Shown here piece after piece: positions 49,567 to 62,590 of a stretch of 64,000 nucleotides of DNA. This DNA is from Mobula hypostoma (lineage: Eukaryota), in contig NC_086097.1 in assembly GCF_963921235.1 (NCBI RefSeq), positions 164,488,001 through 164,552,000 on the forward strand, given 5' to 3'. Below the pieces are notes generated by a model. It searched no databases and had not been told where the DNA came from. It was given only the letters and a program-made list of their open reading frames with translations. How positions within the stretch are numbered: the stretch's first letter is position 1; each line of letters starts with the position of its first letter. Made by a program: the position numbers and the translations under genes.

Positions 49567-52500
49567 TGTAACGCTCGGTAAGGTTTCACTGCTAATGTCA
49601 TGGTTTCTCTGTAGCAGCAGTGTTTGGGTTATGACTAGAGATAACGGGGGCTTTGGAATGTATGCAATCAATGAGAGGCATGTTGTTTCTTCTTGTGTGT
49701 CTGAGAGAAGGGATACACAGTTTTTTGTTGGTGAGAAATGAAGAGAGAAGACGTGAGTGGAGTGAGTTGGTAGACCGCTGGATGGAGTGGTCTGGGAGTT
49801 GGTGATGCTTGGAGGAGGTCGATGGGGAATAGATGGACAGAACCATGAGCTCCCACATGCACATTAGACTGGGCCCCTTTTCTTTTTATTTTCTTTACTA
49901 ACCCTATAGTCAGATTAAGAATTATAAAGCTCAATCATTTAATTGCCTATGGTGTACTGTCTGATATTTTGCGGATTTGTAACCGGGCAATGCATCATGC
50001 AGCATCCACACAAGCGAGATTTCTCAGTTTGGCCGGGCCAGAGGCTGTCTTCCCCTTGACAAATGCATGCTGGCCGAACCTGTGGGTTACAATTGTGGGG
50101 GCTCATCTGGGAATGATTTTGTTGGATGCTGTGTGATTGCCATGTTAGCAAAGTTACTTTTGCAGTGTGGCGGTTTGATAAAATGGTGGGCACAGACCTT
50201 GTTTTAGTTCAGACCAGCACTGATGAACTGCCTGCTACTACCGGTGCCCCAGGTGAGACGGGGCCGTGGCCTCTCCATACTGTCAAGGAAGGAGGAGAAG
50301 GTAGAGGAGCAGGCTGAGTCGCAAGTCGAGCTACCCGTAGCTGGGGGTGGAGACTTCAAAGACAGGGTTCTATTGTTTCTGAAGAGGGAGGGGAAGGAGT
50401 GGTCAGATTTGGAATGTCTAATTAGTCCCCGTTCCCCAGTGAAGAGTGAGAATTCTGAGTTGGCATCAGCCCTTACCTCTCTGGCGAATAATTGGCCCAG
50501 TGCACAGGCAGAGGGTCCCCACAAGAAGCTAAGACTTTTCTCTGGAATAATGCCGACCTCCGAGGGGGGACAGGGGTATGAGACTTGGGCGGAGCAGACC
50601 TCTCAGTTGTTAGATGAGTGCCAGTGCTCTGATAATGTAAAGTGACAGAGATTGGTTGAAAGTTTGAGGGAGCTGGCTGCTGACGTGCTGAGAGCTGTGA
50701 CAACACGCCAACCCTTAGCCAACACTGCTGATTACCTGGGAGCATTGGAGAGCGCCTTTGGGACAACAGGGAGCCCAGTGGAGCTCATGATGGGGTTTCA
50801 GAACGGTCATCAGAAGGGGGAGAAGCTTTCTGCTTACATCTTTCGGCTAGAGAAGCAGCTAAATTGCTGGCAGCGCAGACGGGCAGACAGCTGAGGTGGA
50901 TCAATTAAGAAGGGACGAGATAGCAAAGGGCACCCAGTCCCAGGACTTGACTGCTTGGGGTCGCTAACTGTCTCATAAGATGCGCCCCTCTCCCTCTTTT
51001 GTTGAGCTGATTAGAGAGGTATGGGAGGAGGAGAATGCAGCAGAGGTGCAGGAGGGCTCTGTCAGCAGGGTACAGTCCTCAGTAGTGACCACGACTAGCC
51101 CAAGCCGGGGGATGGTAAAGGAGATTGTGGCAGAGCTGGGAACTGAGATGTCCCAGGTGTTAACTGCGGGAGTGGACCCCCCCCCCGGTATGATAAGACT
51201 GGTAGAGCGGGGGACCCCCTAAGGGGATGGACTACGCAGAGAGCTGCAGGTGGCCGGTGTTCTGCGAGAAGGGGGGCGGCCGGTATCGTCTGCTATTACT
51301 GTGATGAAGAGGGCCACTTCAGGTGGGAGTGTGAGCAGTGGGAAGCCCCTCGGAGAGTGAGCCCCCAGGTACCTAAGCAGGGAGAGGCGTAGGGAAACTT
51401 AGAGGAGACCCAGCGAGTGAACGGCCTGGTATCTCTGGGGGAACAATATACCCAGCAATATACCAAGGAAGCACTGAAAGCGAAAGGCCCTATTCCCGAA
51501 GGCTTAGTAGGACCAAGCTCCAGTGTGTCACTACAGATGGAGGGTATTTGTGCTAAAGCCATACTCGATACCCGGTCGCAGGTCACGTTGTTATACCATT
51601 CATTTTACAACTGGTATCTGAAGCATTCACCATTGACACCATTCAGGGCACTGAAGATCTGGGTTCTCAGTGCCAGTGATTGTCCATACGACTTGTTAAT
51701 GAAGCTGGAGTTCTCGGAGGCTGATGTGGGAGTGTCTGAGGTCCTTGATACATTAGTGCTGGTTTGTCTGGACCCTGTTGAGAGGGGTGGCGTTTCAGTT
51801 CTGGTGGGGACCAACACCCCTCTTGTGAGGAGGCTCCTGGGTGCTTGCAAGGAGAAGATTGGGGAGAGTTTTCTGGGAACATTTTCCGTGCACTTGCTGT
51901 TTCAAGCTGAGTTTGAGGAAGTGCAGGGTACCGAATGTAGATGTGGGACTGTGTGGTTCACCCTGTCAAAGCCAATCGTGTTACAGCCCGGGGAAGTAGT
52001 GAGAGTGATGGGGACCCCCAAATTTCCTGGAGTGCCTGAGGATGCGGCCCCAGAAGACCATGAGGGGGAGTCGGAATTTCTAGCTGGGGTACTGGTTAGG
52101 CCTGAACTGCAGAGACCCTCAGCTGTACGGGAACGCAGGATGGCAGCGATTGCAGGAACACTACAAAGAGGGAGGTCACCTTCAAGCAGGGGATGCCCCT
52201 GGCGCATTTGTTCCCGGTGATGGTAATGTCTAGTGTCCCTGTGAGACAAGGCGGGGAGAAACTATAGGAAAAGGGAAGAAAGTTGACTGCTGAGTCATTC
52301 AACTTCGGGGACTCGCTGGTGCCTGCGGGTTGGAAGAGGAGGGTAGAGAAGATGTTGAAGCTGGAAGGTGTCTTTTCCACTGCGAGTTTGATGTGGATTG
52401 TTTGCCACACTATCCCAGTGACCGAGGACAGCCCATTCAGAAAGAGGTTGTGGCAACTGGCCCCTGCAGAGGGGGAGGACGTTCGGCAGCATTTGTGTAA

Positions 52501-55473
52501 GTTGAAGGAAGCTGGGATCATCACAGAGTTCCGAAGCCCCTATGTGTCCCCAATAGTAGTGGCCTGAAAGAAGAATGGGAAGGTACAGATGTGTGTGGAC
52601 TATAGGACTCTGAACAGGCACACCGTCCCTGACCAGTATACGGTCCCGAGGGTCGAAGATGTGCTGGCCTGTTTGAGTGGTGCGAAGTGGTTCAGTGTCC
52701 TGGATTTGAGGAGTGGATATTACCAGATCCCAATGAGTGAGGCTGACAAAGAGAAGACGACATCTATATGTCCCCTGGGATTCTTCCAGTTTGAAAGGAT
52801 ACCCCAGGGCATATAGGAGGCTCCTGCAACCTTCTAGTGGCTCATGGAGAAGATGGTGGGGATATGAATTTGCTTGAGGTATTTGTGTATCTGGATGACC
52901 TCCTGGTGTTTGGATCCACCTTGGAAGAACATGAAGCGAGGCTACTGAAGGTGCTAGGCTGCCTGAAAGATGAAGGGTTAAAACTTTCCCTGGACAAGTA
53001 TCAGTTCTGCAAAACGTCTGTTAGCTATGTTAGGCACATATTCTCACGGGATGGAGTAGCTACAGATCCGGATGAGATAGAAGCAGTGACCACCTGGCCA
53101 AGACCCCAGACTGTGAGCACTCTGCGCTCATTCCTCAGATTTTGTGGTTACTATCAGAGGTTCGTGAAGGGCTACACGAAAGTGAGTCACCCATTGAATC
53201 AGCTTCTGTGCGGTTACCCTCCCTTGGGGAAGAAAGCGAGGGGGGGAAAGGGCAGGAGGGTGCAGAGTAACTAAGTTCGTCCGAGCCCTTTGGACCAAGG
53301 TGGGAAGAGGCAAAATGTGAAAAGGCTTTCAGTCGCTGAAGGAGCTGCTAACCCAGGCACCGGTGCTGGCTTTTGCGGACCCCCGATTGCCGTATGTACT
53401 CCACACGGATGCCAGCCGAGACGGTTTAGGGGGCGTCCTGTATCAGGATCAGGGCACTGGGTTGAGACCCATTGCGTTTGTCCGCCTGAGTCTGCCACCC
53501 TCCGAGAAAAACTATCCCACGTACAAGTTGGAGTTTCTAGTGTTGAAATGGGTGGTGGTGGATAAACAGAGTGACTACCTCTATGGGGCCAACTTTGAGG
53601 TGAGAACCTCAAAAATCCCCTAACTTATCCTGACCTCGGCGAAACTGGATGCCACAGGCCATCGGTGGTTGGCGGCGTTGTCTGCCTATGATTTCAGCAT
53701 GAAGTACTGGCCAGGAAGCAGGAACATTGATGCTGATGCTTTGTCCCAATGGGTGCATGAGGGACTGGACAGGGACGAGGAGTGGGAGAGCGTTCCTGCC
53801 CCGGGGGTGAAGGCCATGTGTTAGTTTGCAATCACGGTGAAGGCAGGGGAAAAGGAGGGGCAGGATTGAGCAATGGATCAATTGGGGGTTTCTGATGATG
53901 TAATTCCACAAGTTTACCATAACCTGACAGCTCTGAAGACAAATCAGCTGCCGGAATTGAGCTCTGGGGAAGTGGCAGCTGTTCAGCAAGCTGACCCGGG
54001 CATCAGTACCATTTGGTCAGCGGTCAAAAAGGGAGACGTGGCTCAGGCCGAGAAGATAAAACAAGCAACGGTGCCTCCATTACTGAAAGAATGCCCTCAG
54101 TTGGAGTTGCCGAGCCAGATCCTATACCGGGTCATGTCACCTCTAGATCAACCTCGACGTTGCCAGTTGATTCTGCCAGAGGAATGTGTTGAAGTCACTT
54201 CCTGATGATTCTGGACGTTTGGGGGTTGAAAAAACCTATGGTTTGCTCAGAGACCGGTTTTACTGGCCCCGAATAAGCCGGAGATCGAAGAATGCCGCAA
54301 GTCGTGCATTCGAAGCATACGGCGGAGGACAGCTTACACAGGCAGCTCCTTTGTCCCACCTTCACAGTGCGGGGCCTCTGGACCCGATATGTATGGATTT
54401 TCCGTCAATAGAACCTGATGCCAGCAACATGGCGAATGTCTTAGTCATCAAGAACCAGTACACCAGATATGCTCAGGCTTTTCCTACCAAGGACCAGAGG
54501 TCATCCACTGTGGCCAAAGTGTTATGGGAGTAGTATTTCATCTATTATGGCCTCCCCAGGCGGATACATAGTGATCAGGGATGGGATTTCAAGAGCAGAC
54601 TCATCCATGAGTTACTGGGCATGCTTGGAGTTGAGAAGTCAAGGACCACGCACTATCACCCGCAGGGTGATCCCCAGCCTGAGCGGTTTAATCAGACCTT
54701 GCTAGACATGCTCAGAATCTTGGAGATCAGCAAGAAGAGCAGGTGAAGTCAACATATTGGACACCTGGTTTACAGTTACAACTGTACCTGAAATGAAGCT
54801 ACTGGGTACTCGCCATACTACCTGATGTTTGGGCGCGAGGTGAGGGTGCCCATCAACCTTTGTTTTGGGACTGACAAGGGCGATGTGCCACTGAAGACTT
54901 TTCTGAAGTATGTGTCTGATATGAGAAGGGAGCTGAAAAGGGCCTATGAATTAGCTGGGGTCGCGGCTGCCAAGCAGAATAAGGAAATAAGAGGAGGTAT
55001 GATCAGAAGGTAAGGTTCTTCCAACTCCTGCCGGGAGACCGAGTCCTCATAAGGAATTTGGGGCTGACTGCTGGGCAGCTATGTCTTATGTGGTGGAGAG
55101 CGAGATGCCATACCTACCAGTTTTCTGGGTGAAACCAGAGGATGGGAAAGGGCCCGTCAAGATTCTCCTTCTGCCTCCGGGACAAGAGGTGCAGGTTGAC
55201 CCAGAGCCTGACTTGGAGCCTACACCTAGTAAGAGGACTCTGCGGCGAGGCAGGGCGACTGAAGGACCAACAGCAGGAGAGGGTAGGCCGGCCTCTGCCC
55301 CTGAGAGGGATACTGATTTGGAGGATGAGGACCTGGATGTGTGGTATATGCTGCCTTTTGCTAACTCCCCATTGATGAGAAACAGGCAAGGTACTCCCAG
55401 ACCTTCTCCCGCTGAGTCAGGTGAAATTGTCTTCCCCCAGACAAACGCATGCTGGCCAAACCTGAGAGTTACA
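49567..55473 (+). mobile_element. Gypsy LTR retrotransposon with PNMA-like gag; 3' LTR mostly deleted; TSD TGTA
   Basis: 5' LTR TGTAAC...GTTACA at 49567-50091. Gag KKLRLFSG...YETWAEQ, CCHC knuckle CYYCDEEGHFRWEC at 51291-51332, protease LDTRSQVT, RT YLDD, RNase H HTDASRDGLG, then integrase. 46-bp 3' LTR remnant at 55428-55473. TGTA at 49563-49566 and 55474-55477. Confidence 0.93.
50096..50112 (+). promoter_or_regulatory. Primer-binding site, tRNA-Pro type
   Basis: TGGGGGCTCATCTGGGA against the tRNA-Pro PBS TGGGGGCTCGTCCGGGA. Both differences are CpG decay. Lies 4 nt after the LTR. Confidence 0.85.
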
Positions 55474-55959
55474 TGTACATTTCAGCCTAGTCATTTTGTA
55501 TATTAACACCAGCAGAGAGCCACCGTTACCTCTGTGCGGGAAAGATTCTGGAACAAACTCATCACTAATGAGGATTTTTCTTTTGCTCGTTATGTAGCAA
55601 CGAAAGACATTCTTGCAATTTTACTCAGGTTTGACAATACATGCTCACTGTGACAACACCACGAGCAACAGATACAGTAGTTGTCCGAAGAAACTACCAG
55701 GGATTAAAAATAGGAGATATTTGTGGACCTGAGGAGTTTGTAGGATGCAAGCAGATCACATTGCAGGACTTGCACCCCAAGGTCACTCTGTATATCAATG
55801 CTCCAAAAATCCATATCATTTGCAGTACCTAATGTGTCTTCAAGAGTTTGACTTTCTTGAGTGCATTACCTCACACTCGTTTGGAATAAATTCCATCTGC
55901 CACTGCTCTGCCCAACTGTCCAGCTGGATATGAATGTATATTTGAACAACCTTCTTCAC

Positions 55960-58147
55960 ATACATTTTTCATACAATAGTAAGACAGGAGCCTGCGGCCA
56001 TACATTGATTACAGAGGGCTGAATCGCATAATAACCAAAAATCATTATCCCCCCTTTCACGAACACTGCCTTCAAGATTCTCCAAGAAGCACGACTATTC
56101 TTAAAGTTAGACTTATGAAGTGTGTACAACCTTATCTGCATAAAGCAGAGTGATGAGTGGAAGACTGCATTCAATACACCCACAGGGCACTGTGAGTACC
56201 TGCTCGTGTACTTCAGCCTCGTGAATGCTCCAGCAGTTTTCCAGGCCTTTATAAACGACATGCTCTGGGATGTTCTCTATAAGCATGCCTTCGCCTACTT
56301 GGATGATATCCTAATCTTCTCAAAGTCTATAGAAGAGCATATTGCTTATGTCAGGGATATCTGAAAGAAGCTTCTAGATCAGGGACTCTGTCAAGCTAGA
56401 GAAGTCCGAATTTCACATAACCACCACTTCATTTTTGGGTTTTATCATCTCTTGTGCCAATCTCAAGATGGACCCTACTAAAATACATGCAGTCAGAGAT
56501 TGGCACAACCATCCAATGTGAAACAAGTTCAATGATTTCTGGAATTTACCAATTTTTACATAAAGTTCATCAGTGGCAGCCCTGCTGACAACACTAACCA
56601 AGAGATCCACAGGTCCTTTTGTTTGGGCTACTGAAGTGGAGGCTGTCTGTGAAGAGCTCACACAGCGGTTCACAACAGCTCCCATTTAGGTTTCACTTAA
56701 CCCAGACCTTCATTTCATCGTGGAGGTGGATATGTCAGACGTCGGAGTGGGTGTAGTGTTGTCTCAATGGACACCTTCAGACAAACTGCACCCATTTGTG
56801 TTCTCCAGGTGGAAAAAGTGAAATATGACGTCGGGAATACTCGCGGTCAAGTTGGCTCTGGAGGAATACCATCACTGGATTGAGGGGGTCTGGAACCTTA
56901 TTATTCAGGCCACAAGTACCTGGCTTATATTGAGGTGACTGAATTCCAGGCAGGCCAGGTGGTCTCTTTTCTTTAACCACTTTAATTTCATCCTGACATA
57001 TCGACCGGGGTCAAAAAAAAAACAGAAAGCAGATACCTTGTCTCATCAGTTCGATGAACATGTAAGAGAGGAGCTGTCTACCACCATTTTGCCCCATGCC
57101 AGGGTGATCGTGCCCATTCGTTAGGGAGTCAGCGCACTGGTTTGCAAGGCCCAGACACAAGGGAAGATTCCTAAGAACAGTCCTCAGCTCATCTATTCGT
57201 CCCAAGTTCCCTCAGGTCTCAACTGGGACACAAATTGAGAAAGACCACTCACCCGGGGATTTCCAGGACCCGCAAGTTCATCAAGAAGATACTGGTGGCC
57301 CGGAATGGTGAGAGAGGTCCAACAATATGTGTAGGCATGCAAGATGTTTGCCTGGAACAAGGTGCCCTGCACCCAACCTCAAGAGCACTTCACCCTGTGC
57401 CTGTTCCGACGGACCATGAATGCGTATCTCCATGGACTTTCTCAAGGGTCTTCTGCCTTCCAAGAGGAAGACCATCATCAATGTAATTGTGATCATTTTT
57501 CAAAGGCCTGCAAATTTATTGCCCTGACAAACTATCACTTGCAGCAGGAATGGCCAAAGTTGTCCTGCACCAGGTCTTTACGATTGTGACGAAAGTACAC
57601 ATAGACTAAGATGTTGACTGTCCTGTGCTATCACCAGTGGCATCAACAGTTGATCTGCCAGCTGTCTTCAGGAGAGAGATAAGTAAGACAATGGAGCAGC
57701 ATTTGGAAATGTTAATGAAGAGACGAGAGAGATTAACGGAAGGAGACTGGGTATTGTCAAGACTGGTTTGCTTTGAACCTGAACTATTTGAAGTGATGGA
57801 CAGGCGATACCCCAACAGGGGGATAAAAAGGGACAGGTTCGCTAAGGCAACAGACACCACTCACGACACCACGAGGTATCGAGACCCTGGAAGCGGTGCG
57901 CCCCCACAAGTTGGTGGGAGTTTTGGACCAGCCATAGATGCACAGGGTGGAAAGATTCAGTCGGCGGGAACCTGGTGTGTGTGTCCACCCTTGCCTGGGT
58001 GCCGGGTTCACCGCAGAGGAACAATCGTATCTGAAAACGGAGGGGTCACAGTCGGTGACCTCAGAAGACATTACAAAGGGCTTGCCCGAAAGCTAACTGC
58101 GAGAAATATCAAAGGTCTGTTGAATCCGATTTTGAATATCAGCATTT

Positions 58148-58182
<35 letters not shown>

Positions 58183-59684
58183 AACGGCACAACAACGATT
58201 GCTGCGAACTGAACTAAATTGAACTCTGTCACTTGTGATTGAACATTTTACCCCTAGACTGCGATAGAGCTTGATTGATCCTATTATCCTAGTTCTGTGT
58301 ACATGTGTGTTTATTCAGTGCTAACCTGTTGCATTTATATCCTTACGATTAGAGTACTGTGTTGCTTATTTCTCTAATAAAACTTTCTTAGTTCCAGTAA
58401 TCCAGACTCCAACTGAGTGATCCATTTCTGCTGGTTTGGCAACCCAGTTACGGGGTACATAACACGATGTATGGCATCCCGGTGGACATTCTGTCAGATC
58501 ACGGTCCTCAATTTGTATCATGTTTTTGGAGGAATTCTATACACCAACTGGGGCAACAGCAAGTCTTCCCTCTGGGTCCAACTTCCAGACAGAGCGGGTG
58601 TACCAGGAAATGGAATAAACCCTAAGGTGCCCGGCATCAGAAAAAACAGACAAGTGTGACCATTTCGGGTGGGCAGACATTGCTCACCACACTTAGCAGC
58701 GTTCGGCGCATGGGGTGTGCCCATTCGAATACCAATTTGGCTATTTTCCACCACTTTTCCCTGAGCAGCAGGCTGAGGATGTTGGCCAATGCTGCAAGGA
58801 GAAATGGACAAGAGAGATTTTGTTGGCCTCTATCCAAAAGGCTGAAATCAAGGCTAACTGCAGGAGAAGAAAGGGACTAGCTTTGCAGCCTGGGCAACAG
58901 GTCTGGCTGTCTACTTAGGATTTGCCTCTCCAGGTGGAGTCTAGGAAGTTGGCACCCAAGCTCATTGGCCCCTTCAAGGTTCTCAAGGATGTAAACCTGG
59001 TGGATTACACCTTGCAGCTCCCCAAGACCCCAAGATCAATCCCACTTCCCACAGATCCTGTAAACCCCAATTCCCGTCACCACCCAGGTTTGTCATTGGG
59101 AAACAGGTCTTCACTGTAAAAAGAATTCTGGGTTCACAAACTATTTGAGGTACTCAGCAGTTCCTTGTGGACTGAGAAGCATTTGGGCCTGAGGAATGGT
59201 GCTGGGTTCCTGAAAGGGACATCTTGGTTCCAGTTGTCATCAATGACTTCCATCATCATCTCTCCAAGCAGTCAGGAGTTGGCCATAGGGAAGGGGGCCC
59301 TGTTATGACATGCAGTAGACTGTGCCAGCCTCTGGTGTATAGACACTCTAACTCTCCAGAATATGAAGAGTTGGCATGGCCCCTTTAAAGATTCAGACCC
59401 ACCCCACTAATTAGTGGCCATGTTTGGCACCAGAGTTTCAATATTTAAGGAGCACCTGAAGTGAGGTTTGATGCTCTATTGTCAGCTCTACTTTGGATTC
59501 ACATCTGACATCTAGTTTAGAACCCTGAACTTGTTTCATTCTCGATTTGTCTCAATTCTAGTCTCGGAAACTCCAGCTCTTGAGTCCTAACTATCCTCGC
59601 ATAGGACTCTCATCATACTTACTAATTGCCTGCTGTATATATTAAACACAAAGAGCTCAGCACAAGTCCCTGTAGTACATGACT
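55960..59684 (+). mobile_element. Sushi-ichi-like chromovirus (Gypsy) pol remnant with PPT and 3' LTR
   Basis: [15 protein letters not shown]...[10 protein letters not shown], integrase, [13 protein letters not shown]. Chromodomain at 59110-59226 (FTVKRIL...FLVD*EAFGPEEWCWVPERDIL). PPT AGGGAAGGGGG at 59287-59297. LTR from TGTTATG at 59301 to about 59684 with ATTAAA at 59641. Confidence 0.88.
57585..58464 (+). mobile_element. Solo LTR (880 bp), TSD CGAT, inserted in the Sushi-like integrase
   Basis: TGTGAC...ATAACA termini. CGAT at 57581-57584 and 58465-58468. AATAAA at about 58376. Confidence 0.92.
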
Positions 59685-59689
59685 TATCA

Positions 59690-62350
59690 TAGGTCCTTTT
59701 CCAACTCAGCATGAAATTTGTCCAGTTTACTCTGTGATGCAGGAGAGATTTCATGTGCCTGAGCTAAGTAAATGTTGATATCTTCCATCAGGATGGAGTC
59801 AGCTTCCATCATCTCACTTCTGCATGACATCCTCACAGAGTGTCTAGTGTTGTGAAAGAATTGCCAGGGACATGATCAATATCATAACAGTATAGCACAA
59901 ATCTCATTCTGAATCTTTGCAGACGTGGAGGTAAGTCATCGAAGTGTCATGAGCTGAGTAGGAATTTACTGCCTATCAAGTAACAGCTGACGCGCTCACA
60001 AGCCCACACGAGAGCCAGCATCTCCTTTTCAATTTGGGTGTAATGCTGTTCAGTAGGAGTCAGTGCTCTTGATGCATTAGCCAACGGTTTCCATACACCA
60101 CTACGGTATTGCATGACTACTGCTACTAGGCCAAAGGAAGAGGTGTCCGCTAGGGCATTGACTGCTTTGTTTAAGTCAAAGAGCAACAATGTTGACCGAG
60201 AGATGAGCTCTGCTTTAACTGATGAGTTCTCCTTTAGTGTGTCCCAGGTCCAAACATTTCTCCAAGAAAGGAGGTCATGTAGTGGCTTTGTTTTCTCTGC
60301 CAAATCTGAAATGAACTTTCCCAGCTTGTTTACCATGCCATGGAAACTGTGGATCTGTGATACATTTGTAGGTCGTTCCATATTCCGAACTCCTGCCATT
60401 TTATCTGAAGCTCATTGCACACCCTCTGAGGACAGTTGGTGGCCTACAAACTTTACCTCCCTCTTCACAATTTCACATTTCTTTTTGATTCCAGCTTGTT
60501 TCAGCTTCCTCAAGGCAGCTTTCACTCTTTTGTTATGTTCCTACCTTGAGCTTCCAAAGATGAGTATATTGTCCATGTGGCAGACTTCCAGTCCCTCCAA
60601 AATTTGTTTCACCCGCATCTAAGAGAATTCAGGAGCTGATGAGATGCCAAAAAGGAGTCTCTTAAAGGCATAGCATCCATATGGTGTGATAATGGTTGTG
60701 AGCTTCTGTGACTCAGGAGCTAAACGGATCTGCCAGAACTCTGAGTTTGCATCTAGTTTGGTGAAGAACTTTGCTCCACCCAGCATACCTAATGTGTGCT
60801 CAATAGAGGGTGGAATAAACTTTTCCCGCCTCACTGCATAATTCTATTTTGTTAGATTAACACAGATCCTCACTGTTCCATTTGGCTTGGGAACAAGCAC
60901 AATGCTCGCACACTAGTCAGTAGGTCTATTCTCTCTAGTTATGATGTCAAGTACGTGCATTCTGTCTTTGACTCTGTTCATGAATGGGACTGGTATATAC
61001 CTCACTGTGGTCAGAGAGTGGGGTGTCACTGCAGGCCATAGCTGGGTAAGGTACTCTTCTTTTAATACCTGCCACTGAATATTGTTTAGCAAATCCAACT
61101 TTGCAATGAGATTCAGCTTCTCGATGGCATGTTGTCCCAGTAGTGGTGAGAAGAGATTCAGAACAATATAGACATCCTCTTTTAAATGTTTCCCAATTTT
61201 ACAGATGAAAGTAGTAAACATTTCTTTCACACTGAGCTTATGTTTCCCTGACCCCATGACCACTTTCTTTGTTGGGTCTTACGTAATGCCTGTTTTCTCA
61301 CCAGGGTTGTGAACAGACATTCGGGGATGGCTGTGACATCTGCCCCAGTGTCCATTTTGAACATCACTGCTTCATTTGCAACTGAACCGTAGTACACTAG
61401 CCTGCCTATTTGAATCTAGAGCCCCAAGGAAAGCTCTCTCTTTGTCGGAATCATGGTTGTCTTTGATCTCCTGAAGAACTACTTTTGAGTGACACTGGCT
61501 TTTATAATGGCCAATTCTATTGCATTGGTCCCATTTCACTTTGTTTGTTGGACAGAGCTCTTTGACATGGAATGGAGACATGCTGCATTTCCCACAGCTG
61601 GGCTGTTTACCTGCTCCTGTTTCGCTTGTCGGTTTTGTTTGAGCAGAGCTCTACTGTCAACTCTTTCTGTAGTCTTTCTGACTGCACCTTATTTGTATCC
61701 TTTCTTTTTGTACACCTTCTAGCTTTACCTCAGCATCGTTTTCGTGCCTGAGTTCTGCCTGTTGCTGCTGAACATTCTCAATCTGCCTGACCATAGTAAT
61801 AGCTTTCTCTAGTGTGAGATTTGCCTACAACTGCAGTCTCTCCGACAATTTGGTGTCTATAAGCCCAACAGTAATCCTGTCTCTAATTAGCTCATCTCTT
61901 AGATTTCCAAATGCACAGTTTTCTGACAGAGCATACAGTTTCATCTGGCTTCTGTTTTCTGGAGTGAAATTTGCCCTGTCATATATCACATCTTGCTTTC
62001 CTGAGAAATATTCTTTGAATTTGTCCTGCACTGTTTTGTGCTCCTTTTCCTGAGCATCTAATCCACCCATGACATCATCTGCTTTGTCACCCATGCAGTA
62101 CATCAGTGTGCTTATTTGATGCTGTCCTGAAGCTTCAGTGAGATTGCTTGAAACTCTAAATCTCTCAAAGCATCTGAGCCATCTCTCAAAGTCCCCTGCT
62201 TTACAGAAATCAAATGTCTCAGGGGGCTGTATTAGGTAAGTAGATGTAGGTGCTGAAGGTGTTTGCTCCATTTCCTGTTTGTTTATGTCAATACCTCCAG
62301 TTGAACGCTGTCTTTTTGTGTGTTTCCCCCTAGCTGTTAGTCTGTGGTTT
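59690..62350 (-). mobile_element. Mag-clade (K02A2.6-like) Gypsy gag-pol remnant
   Basis: Gag PPETFDF...FERWLRCFERF, knuckle remnant CP...QCNRIGHYKSQC, RT FTKLDANSEFWQI...FGISSAPEF, RNase H ADTSSFGL...YTQIEKEMLALVWACE. Confidence 0.85.
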
Positions 62351-62590
62351 TGTATTGCCATGTGCTCTACTCCAGCCCCTGTAGTACTGAGTACTCTGTC
62401 TCTCTTCTGTTTCTCATTATTACCTGTATTGCTGCCACCTGTGTCTCATTGTGCTCCACCTATCATCTGCCTCTCTGTTTATTTTTCAGTGTATTTCAGT
62501 CCTGTGTTTTCAGCTGTTTGTTGCCAGATTGTGCCAGTGAGTTTTCCTGAGCCTTTCCTGCATTTGTATCTGTACTCTGTCTGTCTGAAT

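Noticed and set aside
50223..51340. Domesticated PNMA gene
   Set aside because: Several stops and frameshifts, and it is embedded in an LTR-PBS-gag-pol provirus.
62355..62590. Possible LTR of the Mag-like element
   Set aside because: LTR-like composition, but no PBS, TG...CA termini or partner copy could be identified.
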